A stretch of DNA of 53,858 nt from Clostridia bacterium (GTDB lineage: Bacteria; Bacillota; Clostridia; Oscillospirales; Acutalibacteraceae), in assembly GCA_900755995.1 (NCBI GenBank), contig CAAEIM010000076.1, positions 1 through 53,858 of the forward strand, given 5' to 3'. The stretch's first letter is position 1; each line of letters begins with the position of its first letter. The notes beneath the pieces are model-generated. The model ran no database searches and was not told the origin of the DNA. It worked only from the letters and a program-made list of their open reading frames with translations. The translations under genes were made by a program, and so were the position numbers. Of this stretch, positions 40,836-50,192 are shown one piece after another.

Positions 40836-41639
40836 TTACCTTCTTACGGATTTTTTCTTATTCTTATTTCGTTTAATCATTGAATAAAGACTGTCTATAG
40901 CGTCAGAAACCGTACCGACCTCGTCAATAAGTCCTTCGCTCACAGCCTCCTCGCCCTCTAAAATCGTACCGATGTCCATAACAAGCTCGCCGGTATTCAG
41001 CACAAGCTGATTGTAGCGTTCTTTGGAAATATCGGAATTTTCAGCCACAAAGGTAGTGATTCTGTCCTGCATACGCTGAAAATATTCAAAGGTCTGCGGA
41101 ACTCCGAGGGTAAGACCTGTTGTTCTGACAGGATGAACAGTCATTGACGCACTTGGCGCAATAAAGCTCTTATCTGCAGCCACCGCAAGAGGGATTCCTA
41201 TTGAATGGCCTCCGCCGAGTACAATAGAAACAGTGGGCTTTTTCATTCCCGAAATAACCTCGGCAATGGCAAGACCTGCCTCTACATCTCCCCCAACGGT
41301 ATTAATCAGTATAAGCAATCCGTCAATACGCTCATCCTCCTCGATTGATACTAACAGAGGAATTACATGCTCGTACTTTGTGGTTTTATTTTGCTGCGGT
41401 AAAATGTAATGTCCCTCAATCTGCCCTATTATGGTGAGGCAGTGTATTATGCTGTCCTTATGAGCGGTAAGCACCGAGCCTGTTTCCTCAACCTGATCGG
41501 TATGCTGCTCGTCAATCGGGCTGTCCTTTTCAATAGATTTTCTGTCCGGATGTCCGTTCGGATTATCAAAGGTATTATTATCCTTTGCCTTGAGCGATTT
41601 TTTAGCTGTGCTGTTCTTTTCTTTTTCTTTTTGTGCCAT
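40836..41639 (-). CDS. tepA: ClpP-like protease, TepA family
   Basis: [39 protein letters not shown]; upstream of ftsK/spoIIIE. Confidence 0.85.
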   Translation of the reverse strand: MAQKEKEKNSTAKKSLKAKDNNTFDNPNGHPDRKSIEKDSPIDEQHTDQVEETGSVLTAHKDSIIHCLTIIGQIEGHYILPQQNKTTKYEHVIPLLVSIEEDERIDGLLILINTVGGDVEAGLAIAEVISGMKKPTVSIVLGGGHSIGIPLAVAADKSFIAPSASMTVHPVRTTGLTLGVPQTFEYFQRMQDRITTFVAENSDISKERYNQLVLNTGELVMDIGTILEGEEAVSEGLIDEVGTVSDAIDSLYSMIKRNKNKKKSVRR

Positions 41640-41820
41640 AGCAATGCACCTCCAAAAAATATTTTTTCCAAAAGTGCATTAATAATGTATTCAGCAATTA
41701 AATATTATAACATTTATAATATTATATTTCAATCTTTTTACTCTTTTTTCTTAAAAACAATAATGATATTATAGAATTATAGTAGTATAAAAGCAATAAT
41801 ATCTTTTGGAGTGAATATAA

Positions 41821-43119
41821 TTGACGTCAAATATAATTATGGCTGTAGTTGTAATGATACTCATTGCACTTTCGTCGTACTTTTCTGCAACAGAAACCGC
41901 ACTGTCCTTTGCCAATAAAATCAGGATACAAAAGAAAGCTGAAGACGGCGACAAAAAGGCTGCTACAGCTCTGTATGTAATTGAAAATTTTGACAAGGCG
42001 CTTACTACTATTCTAATATGCAACAATGTAGTAAACCTCAGCTGTTCATCACTTGCTACGGTTTTATGTATGAACCTTTTCGGCGATTACGGTTCAGCCA
42101 TTGCAACGGGTGCAACCACTTTGCTTGTTCTCACCTTCGGCGAGGTTCTGCCAAAATGCCTTGCAAAGGAAAACTGCGACAGCTTTACATTAACCATTGC
42201 AAGTACAATCAAAACTTTAATGTTTATCCTCACCCCGCTCGTATTTATCCTTGTAAAGTTCAAAAGCCTTGCACTCAAAATTGCAGGTACAAAAGAGGAT
42301 ACCCCAAGCGTTACCGAAAACGAACTTAAATACATAGTAGAAAGCATTGAAGAAGAGGGTGTGCTTGAGGAGAGCGAAAGCGAAATGGTAAGACTCGCCC
42401 TTGACTTTGACGAAAAGACAGCGGAGGAAGTAATCACCCCGAGAGTTGACGTAACCTTTATCAGCATTGACTACTCTCAGGAAAAGATTAAGGATATTAT
42501 TCTTGAAAACAGATATTCAAGAATTCCCGTATATAAGGACACTATTGATAATATTGTAGGTGTGCTTCATACCAGAGATTACCTTGAAAAGCTTGCAGAC
42601 GGCATTGCGCCCGATGTGCGTGACATAATGCAGTCGCCCTACTTTGTTTTCAGAACACAGCCGCTTTCAAAAATTCTCAGCACCTTTAAGCGCACCAAGG
42701 TTCACCTTGCAATCGTTACAGACGAATACGGCGGAACCCTGGGTATTCTCACTATGGAGGATTTACTTGAGGAAATTGTCGGTGACATCTGGGACGAGGA
42801 CGAAGAAATTGAGCACAACTATTACAAAATCGGCAAAAATGAATTTTTAGTCAACGGCGATATTGAGCTTGACGATATGCTCGCTCTGTTTGACCTTGAC
42901 AAGGATTATATTGAGAGCGACAGCATAACCGTGGGCGGATATATTCTTGAACACGCAGGTACAATTCCTAATAAACGTGAAAGCGTTGAAGCAGGAGGCT
43001 TCCGCTTTACAGTTATGGAGGTTGCAAACCAGCGAATTATCCGTGTTGTAGTAAAAAGACTTGTTGACGGCGATACTGACGAAGAAGCTTCAGCCGATGA
43101 AGAAAAAGCAGAAGAATGA
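41821..43119 (+). CDS. CNNM(DUF21)-CBS-CorC membrane protein (hemolysin/TlyC family, Mg/Co transport)
   Basis: FSATETA, FGEVLPK, YSRIPVY, DEYGGTLG, EDLLEEIVGDIWDE; TTG start. Confidence 0.92.
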   Translation: MTSNIIMAVVVMILIALSSYFSATETALSFANKIRIQKKAEDGDKKAATALYVIENFDKALTTILICNNVVNLSCSSLATVLCMNLFGDYGSAIATGATTLLVLTFGEVLPKCLAKENCDSFTLTIASTIKTLMFILTPLVFILVKFKSLALKIAGTKEDTPSVTENELKYIVESIEEEGVLEESESEMVRLALDFDEKTAEEVITPRVDVTFISIDYSQEKIKDIILENRYSRIPVYKDTIDNIVGVLHTRDYLEKLADGIAPDVRDIMQSPYFVFRTQPLSKILSTFKRTKVHLAIVTDEYGGTLGILTMEDLLEEIVGDIWDEDEEIEHNYYKIGKNEFLVNGDIELDDMLALFDLDKDYIESDSITVGGYILEHAGTIPNKRESVEAGGFRFTVMEVANQRIIRVVVKRLVDGDTDEEASADEEKAEE

Positions 43120-43122
43120 ACG

Positions 43123-43238
43123 GCAGCCGGTGGGCTGCACTTATCCGAGCAGATAGTTTGGTTTTAATTCAGAACTTTTTATGCCCGAAAATTGCTCGGC
43201 AGTTGTCGGGCAAATTACAAACCTATATAGTAAAAAAC
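43123..43238 (+). repeat. Dispersed structured intergenic repeat, copy 2 (better preserved)
   Basis: GCAGCC-GGTG-GGCTGC and TGCCCGA..TCGGGCA hairpins; homologous to 29823-29920. Confidence 0.7.
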
Positions 43239-43258
43239 TGAGCCAAACTTGGCTTACG

Positions 43259-43293
43259 AAAAAAGAGCCACGCAAAAAACGCATGGCTCTTTT
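43259..43293 (+). terminator. Terminator-like hairpin before rlmD
   Basis: AAAAGAGCCACGC..GCATGGCTCTTTT. Confidence 0.65.
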
Positions 43294-43321
43294 CAGATAT
43301 TTCTGATATGGAGAATTTATT

Positions 43322-44497
43322 ATGAGCAATACAAAAGAAAACATCAACAGAGGACGCTGCACCGTTTACAAAAAATGCGGCGGCTGTCAGCTTCAAAATC
43401 TAAGCTACCCCGAACAGCTGAATTTCAAGCAGAAAAAGGTTGAAAAGCTGCTCTCTCAATTTTACAGGGTTGAAAAAATCATCGGAATGGACAACCCCTA
43501 TCACTACCGCAACAAGGTGCAGGCAGCTTTCAGAACAGACAGCAAGGGCAGAATAATATCAGGAGTATATCAGTCGGGCACACACCACATTGTGGCTATT
43601 GACGAATGTATGACAGAAGATATAACCGCAGACAAAATCATTGTTGCTGTTCGCAAAATGCTGAAATCATTTAAGCTCACCACCTACGACGAGGACAAAC
43701 AGAGGGGATTTTTAAGACATATTCTTGTAAAAAGAGGCTTTGCAACCAACGAGGTTATGCTTGTACTCGTAACGGGCACACCTGTTTTTCCATCAAAAAA
43801 TAATTTTGTAAAATCCATCACAAAGCAGTTTCCGGAAATTAAAACAGTAGTGCAAAACATAAATCCGTACAGAACAAACCTTGTGCTCGGCGATGTGCAG
43901 AAGATTCTTTACGGAAAGGGCTATATAGAGGATATTTTGTGCGGCTGCAAATTCAGAATTTCTCCGAAGAGTTTTTATCAGATAAACCCGGTTCAAACCG
44001 AAATTCTCTATAACAAGGCTGTTGAATATGCTGCTCTCAATGGAAACGAAACTGTTCTCGATACCTACTGCGGAATCGGCACAATAGGCATTGTAGCCGC
44101 AAAGCACGGCGCCGGCTCGGTAATCGGAGTAGAGCTTAATAAAGCCGCCGTTAAGGACGCAATACAGAACGCAAGAGCCAATAATTTAAAAAACATCAGA
44201 TTTTATCAGGGTGACGCCGGAGAATTTATGGAGACCGCAGCAGCCGAAAGCGAAACGCCCGATGTAGTGTTTATGGATCCTCCGAGAGCAGGCAGCGATG
44301 AAAAATTCCTCTCATCCTTGATAAAAATGAATCCCAAAACTGTAGTGTATATTTCCTGCAACCCCGAAACCCTCGCCAGAGATCTTGCTTTCATTACACA
44401 AAACAGCCAATACATAATTCAAAAAATCCAACCCGTAGATATGTTCCCACATACGCAGCATATTGAATGCGTGGTGTTGCTGACAAAAACCGACTGA
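43322..44497 (+). CDS. rlmD: 23S rRNA (uracil-C5)-methyltransferase RlmD/RumA (short form, no TRAM domain)
   Basis: C..CGGC Fe-S motif, SFYQIN, YCGIG, DPPRAG, YISCNP, VDMFPHT.HIE. Confidence 0.93.
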   Translation: MSNTKENINRGRCTVYKKCGGCQLQNLSYPEQLNFKQKKVEKLLSQFYRVEKIIGMDNPYHYRNKVQAAFRTDSKGRIISGVYQSGTHHIVAIDECMTEDITADKIIVAVRKMLKSFKLTTYDEDKQRGFLRHILVKRGFATNEVMLVLVTGTPVFPSKNNFVKSITKQFPEIKTVVQNINPYRTNLVLGDVQKILYGKGYIEDILCGCKFRISPKSFYQINPVQTEILYNKAVEYAALNGNETVLDTYCGIGTIGIVAAKHGAGSVIGVELNKAAVKDAIQNARANNLKNIRFYQGDAGEFMETAAAESETPDVVFMDPPRAGSDEKFLSSLIKMNPKTVVYISCNPETLARDLAFITQNSQYIIQKIQPVDMFPHTQHIECVVLLTKTD

Positions 44498-44521
44498 TAA
44501 ATTAAAGGAGTAATTATAATA

Positions 44522-45109
44522 ATGATACCCACAAGAGAAGAAGCCGAAAAATTATTAAAAGAAGCTGAACAATGCAATCCCGGGCCTTGGGCAAATCATA
44601 GTCGTGTTGCAGCGCATTGTGCTGAGAAAATTGCTGAATTATGCGAAGGATTGGATACTGAAAAGTCATATATATTGGGATTGCTTCATGATATTGGTAG
44701 AAAGTTTGGCTGCAGGCATTTAGGACATGTATCAGATGGGTATCTATATATGATGTCACTGGGATATGATGAGGTAGCACAGATTTGCCTTACTCATTCG
44801 TTTAATAATTTAACAACAGAGGACTATATCGGCAAATTCGATACTTCAGATGAAGAATTTGAATTAATCAAGACCACCTTATCAAAAGTTGTTATTAATG
44901 ATTATGATAAACTGATTTGGTTATGTGATGCTTTGGCAGGTAGTGATGGTGTGTTGGATATTGAGGAGCGTATGAGTGATGTTAAAGCGAGATATGGCTA
45001 TTATTCTCAAAGAAAATGGGATTCAAATATAAAAATAAAAGAATATTTTGAATTAAATACCGGAAAAAACATATATGAAATTGTAGAGAAAGAAACATTT
45101 AAGCTATAA
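44522..45109 (+). CDS. HD-domain phosphohydrolase
   Basis: HSRVAA, LLHDIGR, LTHS, LCDAL; RBS AAGGAG. Confidence 0.88.
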   Translation: MIPTREEAEKLLKEAEQCNPGPWANHSRVAAHCAEKIAELCEGLDTEKSYILGLLHDIGRKFGCRHLGHVSDGYLYMMSLGYDEVAQICLTHSFNNLTTEDYIGKFDTSDEEFELIKTTLSKVVINDYDKLIWLCDALAGSDGVLDIEERMSDVKARYGYYSQRKWDSNIKIKEYFELNTGKNIYEIVEKETFKL

Positions 45110-45253
45110 ATTTGTGTGTGGCTATGTTCCGGTAAAGCAAGCGGCACTAAAACAGGTATATGACATTCATTCAATAATCTCGTAACATTTTGAAGCAGTC
45201 TGCTTGCTCTCAAATAAACCTTGATTTTATGCAAGTTAAATGGAGGTAAAAAT

Positions 45254-45823
45254 ATGTTGTATATAATGAGACACGGAATAACCGAATGGAATGAACTCCA
45301 CAAATTGCAGGGCAGAACGGATATTCCATTAAATGATAAAGGTAGATTGATGGCTGAAAATGCCCGTGAAAAATATAAAGATGTTAATTTTGATGTTTGC
45401 TATTGTTCGCCCCTCGTTCGAGCTTCCGAAACTGCACATATTGTGTGTAAAAGCAGGAATATTCCAATAATAGAAGATGACAGACTTATTGAAATGAGCT
45501 TTGGTGAATTTGAAGGGACTGCACACTGTTTGGATATTCCGGATTGTCCGATAAATGTGCTGTTCAATGATCCTGCAAATTATGTGGAATCTGTTGGCGG
45601 AGCGGAAACCTTTGATGAGTTGTTTGCAAGAACCGGAGAGTTTATTAAGGAAATTATAGAACCGCAATTACAGACGGGGAAAGACATTCTGATTGTAGGG
45701 CATGGCGCGATGAACGCAAGTATAATTTGCCAAATCAAGAATATACCGATTGAAAAATTTTGGAGCTCCGGTTTGGAACAATGCAAGTTAATGGCACTTT
45801 CCTCCCCTCTTACAAGGTGTTAA
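45254..45823 (+). CDS. Histidine phosphatase (phosphoglycerate mutase family)
   Basis: MRHG, SPLVRASETA, LIEMSFG, VGHG; GGAGG before ATG 45254. Confidence 0.92.
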   Translation: MLYIMRHGITEWNELHKLQGRTDIPLNDKGRLMAENAREKYKDVNFDVCYCSPLVRASETAHIVCKSRNIPIIEDDRLIEMSFGEFEGTAHCLDIPDCPINVLFNDPANYVESVGGAETFDELFARTGEFIKEIIEPQLQTGKDILIVGHGAMNASIICQIKNIPIEKFWSSGLEQCKLMALSSPLTRC

Positions 45824-45964
45824 GCACTGACCTATCGTTAAAAGGTTTTGGGATATGTTTTATAGAACATCGACATACTTAGAGGACCGTCGAGCTAAAT
45901 TCCTTAGATGTAAACTTATAGATATAATGCTAAAGTTATATGTATGACAAAGGAGGACTCCTAT

Positions 45965-47011
45965 TTGAATAAGAAAAAAGATGAAATAAACATACGCTCC
46001 AGTGCAGCGGAATATCTGACTTATATTGCTTCCGTTGGTGACCAAGAGGATAGCATTGAGATGCGCTACGAGGATGAGAATATATGGCTGACACAGAAAA
46101 TGATGGCGACATTATATGACGTGGATGTCCGTACAATCAACGAACACATCAAAAAAATTTATTCCGACTCAGAACTTGAGGAAGCTTCAACTATCCGGAA
46201 TTTCCGGATAGTTCAAACCGAAGGTTCACGTCAGGTGACTCGTGATACAAAGCATTACAATCTTCAAATGATTATTGCTGTTGGTTTCAAGGTAAATAAT
46301 GAACGGGCTGTGCAGTTCCGTAAATGGGCTAACAGTATCGTAAAAGACTACACCATCAAAGGCTGGGTTATGGATGACGAGCGTTTGAAGAATGGCGGCT
46401 CCGTGCTTACAGCAGAATATTTTGACCGCTTGCTTGAGCAGATTCGTGAGATTCGTTTGTCTGAGCGTAGGTTTTATCAAAAGATAACGGATATTTACGC
46501 TACAGCTCTCGATTATGACCGTACAGCAAAAACGACAAAGCAGTTCTTCGCCAAGGTGCAGAATAAGATGCATTACGCAGTACATGGACATACAGCTGCA
46601 GAATTGATTTATGAGCGTGCAGATGCCGATAAGCCTCATATGGGACTCACAACATGGGCAGCAGCACCGGAAGGTAAAATTGTAAAAAGTGATGTAAGTG
46701 TTGCGAAAAATTATCTTTCAGAGCAGGAAATGCATTCATTAGAGCGTATCGTATCTGCATATCTTGACTTGGCAGAAGACCGTGCAGAGCGTCATATTCC
46801 AATGACGATGGAGGACTGGGCAAAGCGTCTGGATCTATTCCTGATGGCAGATGACAGAGAGATTCTTCAGGATGCAGGAAAAATCACGGCAGAGATTGCT
46901 AAGGCAAAAGCCGAAACAGAATTTGAAAAATACCGTGTTGTTCAGGATAGATTATTTATGTCTGATTTTGATAAATATATGTTGGAATTGAGGAAAAAGG
47001 CAACGAAATAA
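45965..47011 (+). CDS. RhuM-family DNA-binding protein
   Basis: IWLTQKMMATLY, HYNLQMIIAVG, QFRKWA, IREIRLSERRFYQKI; AGGAGG favours TTG 45965. Confidence 0.88.
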   Translation: MNKKKDEINIRSSAAEYLTYIASVGDQEDSIEMRYEDENIWLTQKMMATLYDVDVRTINEHIKKIYSDSELEEASTIRNFRIVQTEGSRQVTRDTKHYNLQMIIAVGFKVNNERAVQFRKWANSIVKDYTIKGWVMDDERLKNGGSVLTAEYFDRLLEQIREIRLSERRFYQKITDIYATALDYDRTAKTTKQFFAKVQNKMHYAVHGHTAAELIYERADADKPHMGLTTWAAAPEGKIVKSDVSVAKNYLSEQEMHSLERIVSAYLDLAEDRAERHIPMTMEDWAKRLDLFLMADDREILQDAGKITAEIAKAKAETEFEKYRVVQDRLFMSDFDKYMLELRKKATK

Positions 47012-47068
47012 TCATCTGATTTCAATAAGATACAAAGGTTTTAAAATAAATTTCAGGAGGGCTAAACT

Positions 47069-47527
47069 ATGTGTTTGATTTGCGATAGAATTGAAATGAT
47101 TAAAAACGGAACAAACCCGTATTTTGTAAAAGAACTTGAAACGGGTTATGTTGTGATTGGAGATAATCAACATTTTAGAGGATATACTTTATTCCTTTGC
47201 AAAAAGCATGAAACAGAATTATTTTATTTAGATAAGGACTTTGCAGCTAAATTTATGCAAGAAATGATCATAGTCGCGCAGGCAGTAAAAAATGCTTTCC
47301 ATGCCGAAAAAATGAATTATGAATGTTTGGGGCAGGGCGATGCTCATTTGCATTGGCATTTGTTCCCAAGAATCAGCGGTGATATTGAAACCTACGGAAA
47401 CAACGGTAGAGGTCCGGTTTGGTGGTACCCTATGGACAAGATGTACAACGACGAGAACCGACCGACAAAAAAAGAACTTGAACAGATAAAATCAGAATTA
47501 TTGTGCGAGCTTGATAAATTGCTATGA
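47069..47527 (+). CDS. HIT family hydrolase
   Basis: N-terminal CLIC, HLHWH triad; RBS AGGAGG. Confidence 0.9.
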   Translation: MCLICDRIEMIKNGTNPYFVKELETGYVVIGDNQHFRGYTLFLCKKHETELFYLDKDFAAKFMQEMIIVAQAVKNAFHAEKMNYECLGQGDAHLHWHLFPRISGDIETYGNNGRGPVWWYPMDKMYNDENRPTKKELEQIKSELLCELDKLL

Positions 47528-47569
47528 TACCGTGCGGCTGCGATTATTGTAGAAAACGGCTGTGTTTTC
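47528..47569 (+). pseudogene. Short remnant resembling a NUDIX hydrolase N-terminus
   Basis: Translates YRAAAIIVENGCVF, similar to the first strands of Firmicute NUDIX proteins; no start codon and no Nudix box. Confidence 0.4.
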
Positions 47570-47720
47570 GGCAGAAAAAATAAAGAACTCAGAATTACAT
47601 AAAAGGGTTACAAATCCTATGCAATCCGATGCTAAATAAATTGTACACCGTAATAGTATGGTTTCAATTTGCTTGCAAATTGTTTGCTTGAATTTAAAAT
47701 AGAAAGTGGAGTGAGGCTAA

Positions 47721-48634
47721 ATGTTCAATAATCGTGGTAAAGTACCACCGATGACACCTAAAACCTTAATTGTATTAATATTAGCAACTATAGCAATGGG
47801 TTTCTTTCTATTTTTTGTTCGTGGGGATATGGCAGGAAAAACGGCTGCATTTATTGTGTGCCCGGCGTTGATTATATATCTTATTTATGCCTATCGAAAA
47901 GAGAAAAAAGCAGATAAAAACGCTTTTGAAAAAGGTAAGAGCATAATGGATGAAAGTTATTTTAAAAATTCAAAGTGGCGTACAGATTATTTTATATATA
48001 TGAATGAACATCCTTTTGAAAAACCTTTATACTCAAGTATGAAGAAAGACCTACTGTCAAGATTCAGGAGAAAAGAGTATGTTATCAGTATGTTATTTAT
48101 ATTATTCCTTATGTTTTGCTCATGCTGTCTGATGATACAGCAATTATTTTGGGGGATTATTGGATTTCTCATATTTGGCATATTCTTCTGTCGGCAATTA
48201 TCGCTATTCATAGGAATACCTGTAAGGAAATGGCTAAAAAGAGATATTGATTATAATGCGTTAGAGTATTCTTACAAAAACTCCAAGCTTTTAACTTACA
48301 AAAAGAATGGATTTGCCTTAGGCTTAACTCATATTCATGCTTTCACAGAAGAAAAAATATATGCTATAGATTACAGACTTGTGGAGGGAATATCCAGAAA
48401 AATTGTCCGCTTAAAAAATATGAGGATAGTATTTATTCTTCTGAGGAATATCGACATTTTGCAGTTATTCATGTGCGCCTGCCCCAAAGCGGCAGGCTTC
48501 ACGACGTAGAGATTGAATTGAATGAGTTTCAGGTTCAAATGGTAATTGATAACTTCCATACATATAACCAAAGAAAGGAGCTTATCAAAAATATCACTAT
48601 GGAAACGAAAGAAGACAACGAAGTTGTTATATAG
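47721..48634 (+). pseudogene. Four-TM membrane protein gene with apparent frameshift at an A6 run (frame 0 stops at 48509, -1 frame at 48634)
   Basis: One extra A at 48413-48418 gives LKKYEDSIYSSEEYRHFAVIHVRLP...EDNEVVI-stop, filling the gap to the next gene. Confidence 0.65.
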
Positions 48635-48669
48635 TATTATTATTTTGCGGAAATTGGAGGTTGTAAATT

Positions 48670-49176
48670 ATGGAAAGTTTTGCTATGCTGTTTGCTGACA
48701 ATGATTTTCAACTCGATAAAATTATTATAATATTGGCAATATTGATTATTTCCTGCATTATATCTTTAATTAAACTTTTTATAAGCAAAATAAGGATGAA
48801 GAAATTTACTTGTACCGAAGGTAAAATCACTTATGTTGAGAAGTTCTCATACCGAAGCGGAGGCAAAAGGTATATTGACCCACCATCTTATATTCAGACA
48901 GATAATGGATTCAGAGTAAAATATGCCCTCAGAGTGGGCTATGAGTATTATGACAACGATTATCAGAAGCATAACGGTGAATTTCAGGTTGAGAATGGTT
49001 TTGCGGGAATGAATGAGGGTAGTTCATTGAAAATTTACTTTGACCCCAAAAAACCATCAAAATCTTTCGCTGAAAAGGATATAAAGGAGCAGGAAAAACT
49101 TTCAGTCGGTATATATGTAGCATTTGCTGTCCTGGCTTTGATTGCTGTTCCGATTATTCTGCTTTACCTAAGCTGA
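48670..49176 (+). CDS. DUF3592-like membrane protein
   Basis: TM - TEGKI..YEY..IYFDPKKP - TM architecture; RBS GGAGG. Confidence 0.7.
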   Translation: MESFAMLFADNDFQLDKIIIILAILIISCIISLIKLFISKIRMKKFTCTEGKITYVEKFSYRSGGKRYIDPPSYIQTDNGFRVKYALRVGYEYYDNDYQKHNGEFQVENGFAGMNEGSSLKIYFDPKKPSKSFAEKDIKEQEKLSVGIYVAFAVLALIAVPIILLYLS

Positions 49177-49214
49177 TTTGGTTTTTGTCTATTTTATAAT
49201 TTTTATAAATAATC

Positions 49215-49254
49215 TCCCGATGCTGAACAGCACTTAATCAGCTCGGGAATTTTT
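49215..49254 (+). terminator. Intrinsic terminator
   Basis: TCCCGA-T-GCTGA..TCAGC-TCGGGA plus T run. Confidence 0.65.
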
Positions 49255-49358
49255 ATATACAGCAAACTGCTTGCAAACAAAATACTGCAAAGTTTGTGTT
49301 TTTGTCCTCTATTATGATTTTTGAAAAAACAAAAAATCCAAATATATTAGCGAATTTG

Positions 49359-49393
49359 TTGACTTTTTCATACTTATGATGTATTATGAAAAA
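49359..49393 (+). promoter_or_regulatory. SigA-type promoter overlapped by an inverted repeat
   Basis: TTGACT-17 bp-TATTAT; TTTTTCATA (49364-49372) and TATGAAAAA (49385-49393). Confidence 0.55.
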
Positions 49394-49420
49394 AACAATT
49401 TTTTACATAAGAGGTAATTT

Positions 49421-49978
49421 ATGAATATTTATGAAACGTGCCCTGTAATAGAAAACGATAGATTTTTATTAAGATTGGTTGAAAATAAAGATTGCAATGA
49501 TTTATTAAAAATTTATAGCGATAAGAATGCTTTGCCCTTCTTTAACAGTGATAATTGTGACGGAGATAATTTTTACTATCCATCAAAAGAAAAAATGGCA
49601 GAGGTTCTCAGCTTTTGGAATTTATCATATAAAAACGGTTGGTTCGTAAGACTATCTATTGTTGATAAAACAATGGACAGCGTAATCGGAACTATTGAAT
49701 TATGCCTGCGTGTTTCCGAAGACAAATTTAATAATATGGGAATTTTAAGAATTGATGTAAGAAGCGACTATGAAAAAGAAGATATGTTATATAACATAAC
49801 ATCACTTATAGCGCCTCACATCTCTGAAATGCTGGGCAGTGACGGTGTAATCACTAAAGCCCCAATATATGCAGTAGAAAGAATTAAAGCAATTCAAAAA
49901 GCAGGATTTGCTAAATCAGAACACCTATTGATAGGAAAAAGCGGATACGCTTATGACGGATATTGGTCAATGAAATAA
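49421..49978 (+). CDS. GNAT/RimJ-like N-acetyltransferase-fold protein
   Basis: IENDRFLLRLV..DLLKIYSD N-terminus, VIGTIEL, KAGF. Confidence 0.75.
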   Translation: MNIYETCPVIENDRFLLRLVENKDCNDLLKIYSDKNALPFFNSDNCDGDNFYYPSKEKMAEVLSFWNLSYKNGWFVRLSIVDKTMDSVIGTIELCLRVSEDKFNNMGILRIDVRSDYEKEDMLYNITSLIAPHISEMLGSDGVITKAPIYAVERIKAIQKAGFAKSEHLLIGKSGYAYDGYWSMK

Positions 49979-50060
49979 TTTTTTCTGTTTTTCTTTGCAA
50001 TGATTTTACCGTAACAACTACATCTAATAATATTTTGAGCTATAATCTCCCTAACAAATC

Positions 50061-50105
50061 AAAAAATACCGCATACAGTCATAAAAGGCTGATATGCGGT
50101 TTTTT
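50061..50105. terminator. Terminator-like hairpin
   Basis: ACCGCAT-ACAGTC..GGCTG-ATATGCGGT with flanking A and T runs. Confidence 0.65.
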
Positions 50106-50140
50106 GTGTTATAAAGAAAATGTCCTCACTATATTTCAAA

Positions 50141-50184
50141 AGCAAAAGGCCTTGAAAGCTGTTGCTCTGTCAAGGTCTTTTGCT
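50141..50184 (-). terminator. Terminator of the AraC regulator gene
   Basis: AGCAAAAGGCCTTGA..TCAAGGTCTTTTGCT. Confidence 0.65.
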
Positions 50185-50192
50185 CATCTTGA

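Noticed and set aside
41821..43119. Hemolysin toxin
   Set aside because: The DUF21-CBS-CorC architecture indicates a Mg/Co transport family; the hemolysin label is historical.
45965..47011. RhuM as a virulence factor or part of a defence system
   Set aside because: The family name alone is not evidence; no R-M, Abi or toxin partner is adjacent.
44498..49420. Integron-like cassette array with conserved recombination sites
   Set aside because: Spacers share only short AT-rich words such as TAAATT and TGCTTG; no convincing repeat and no adjacent integrase.
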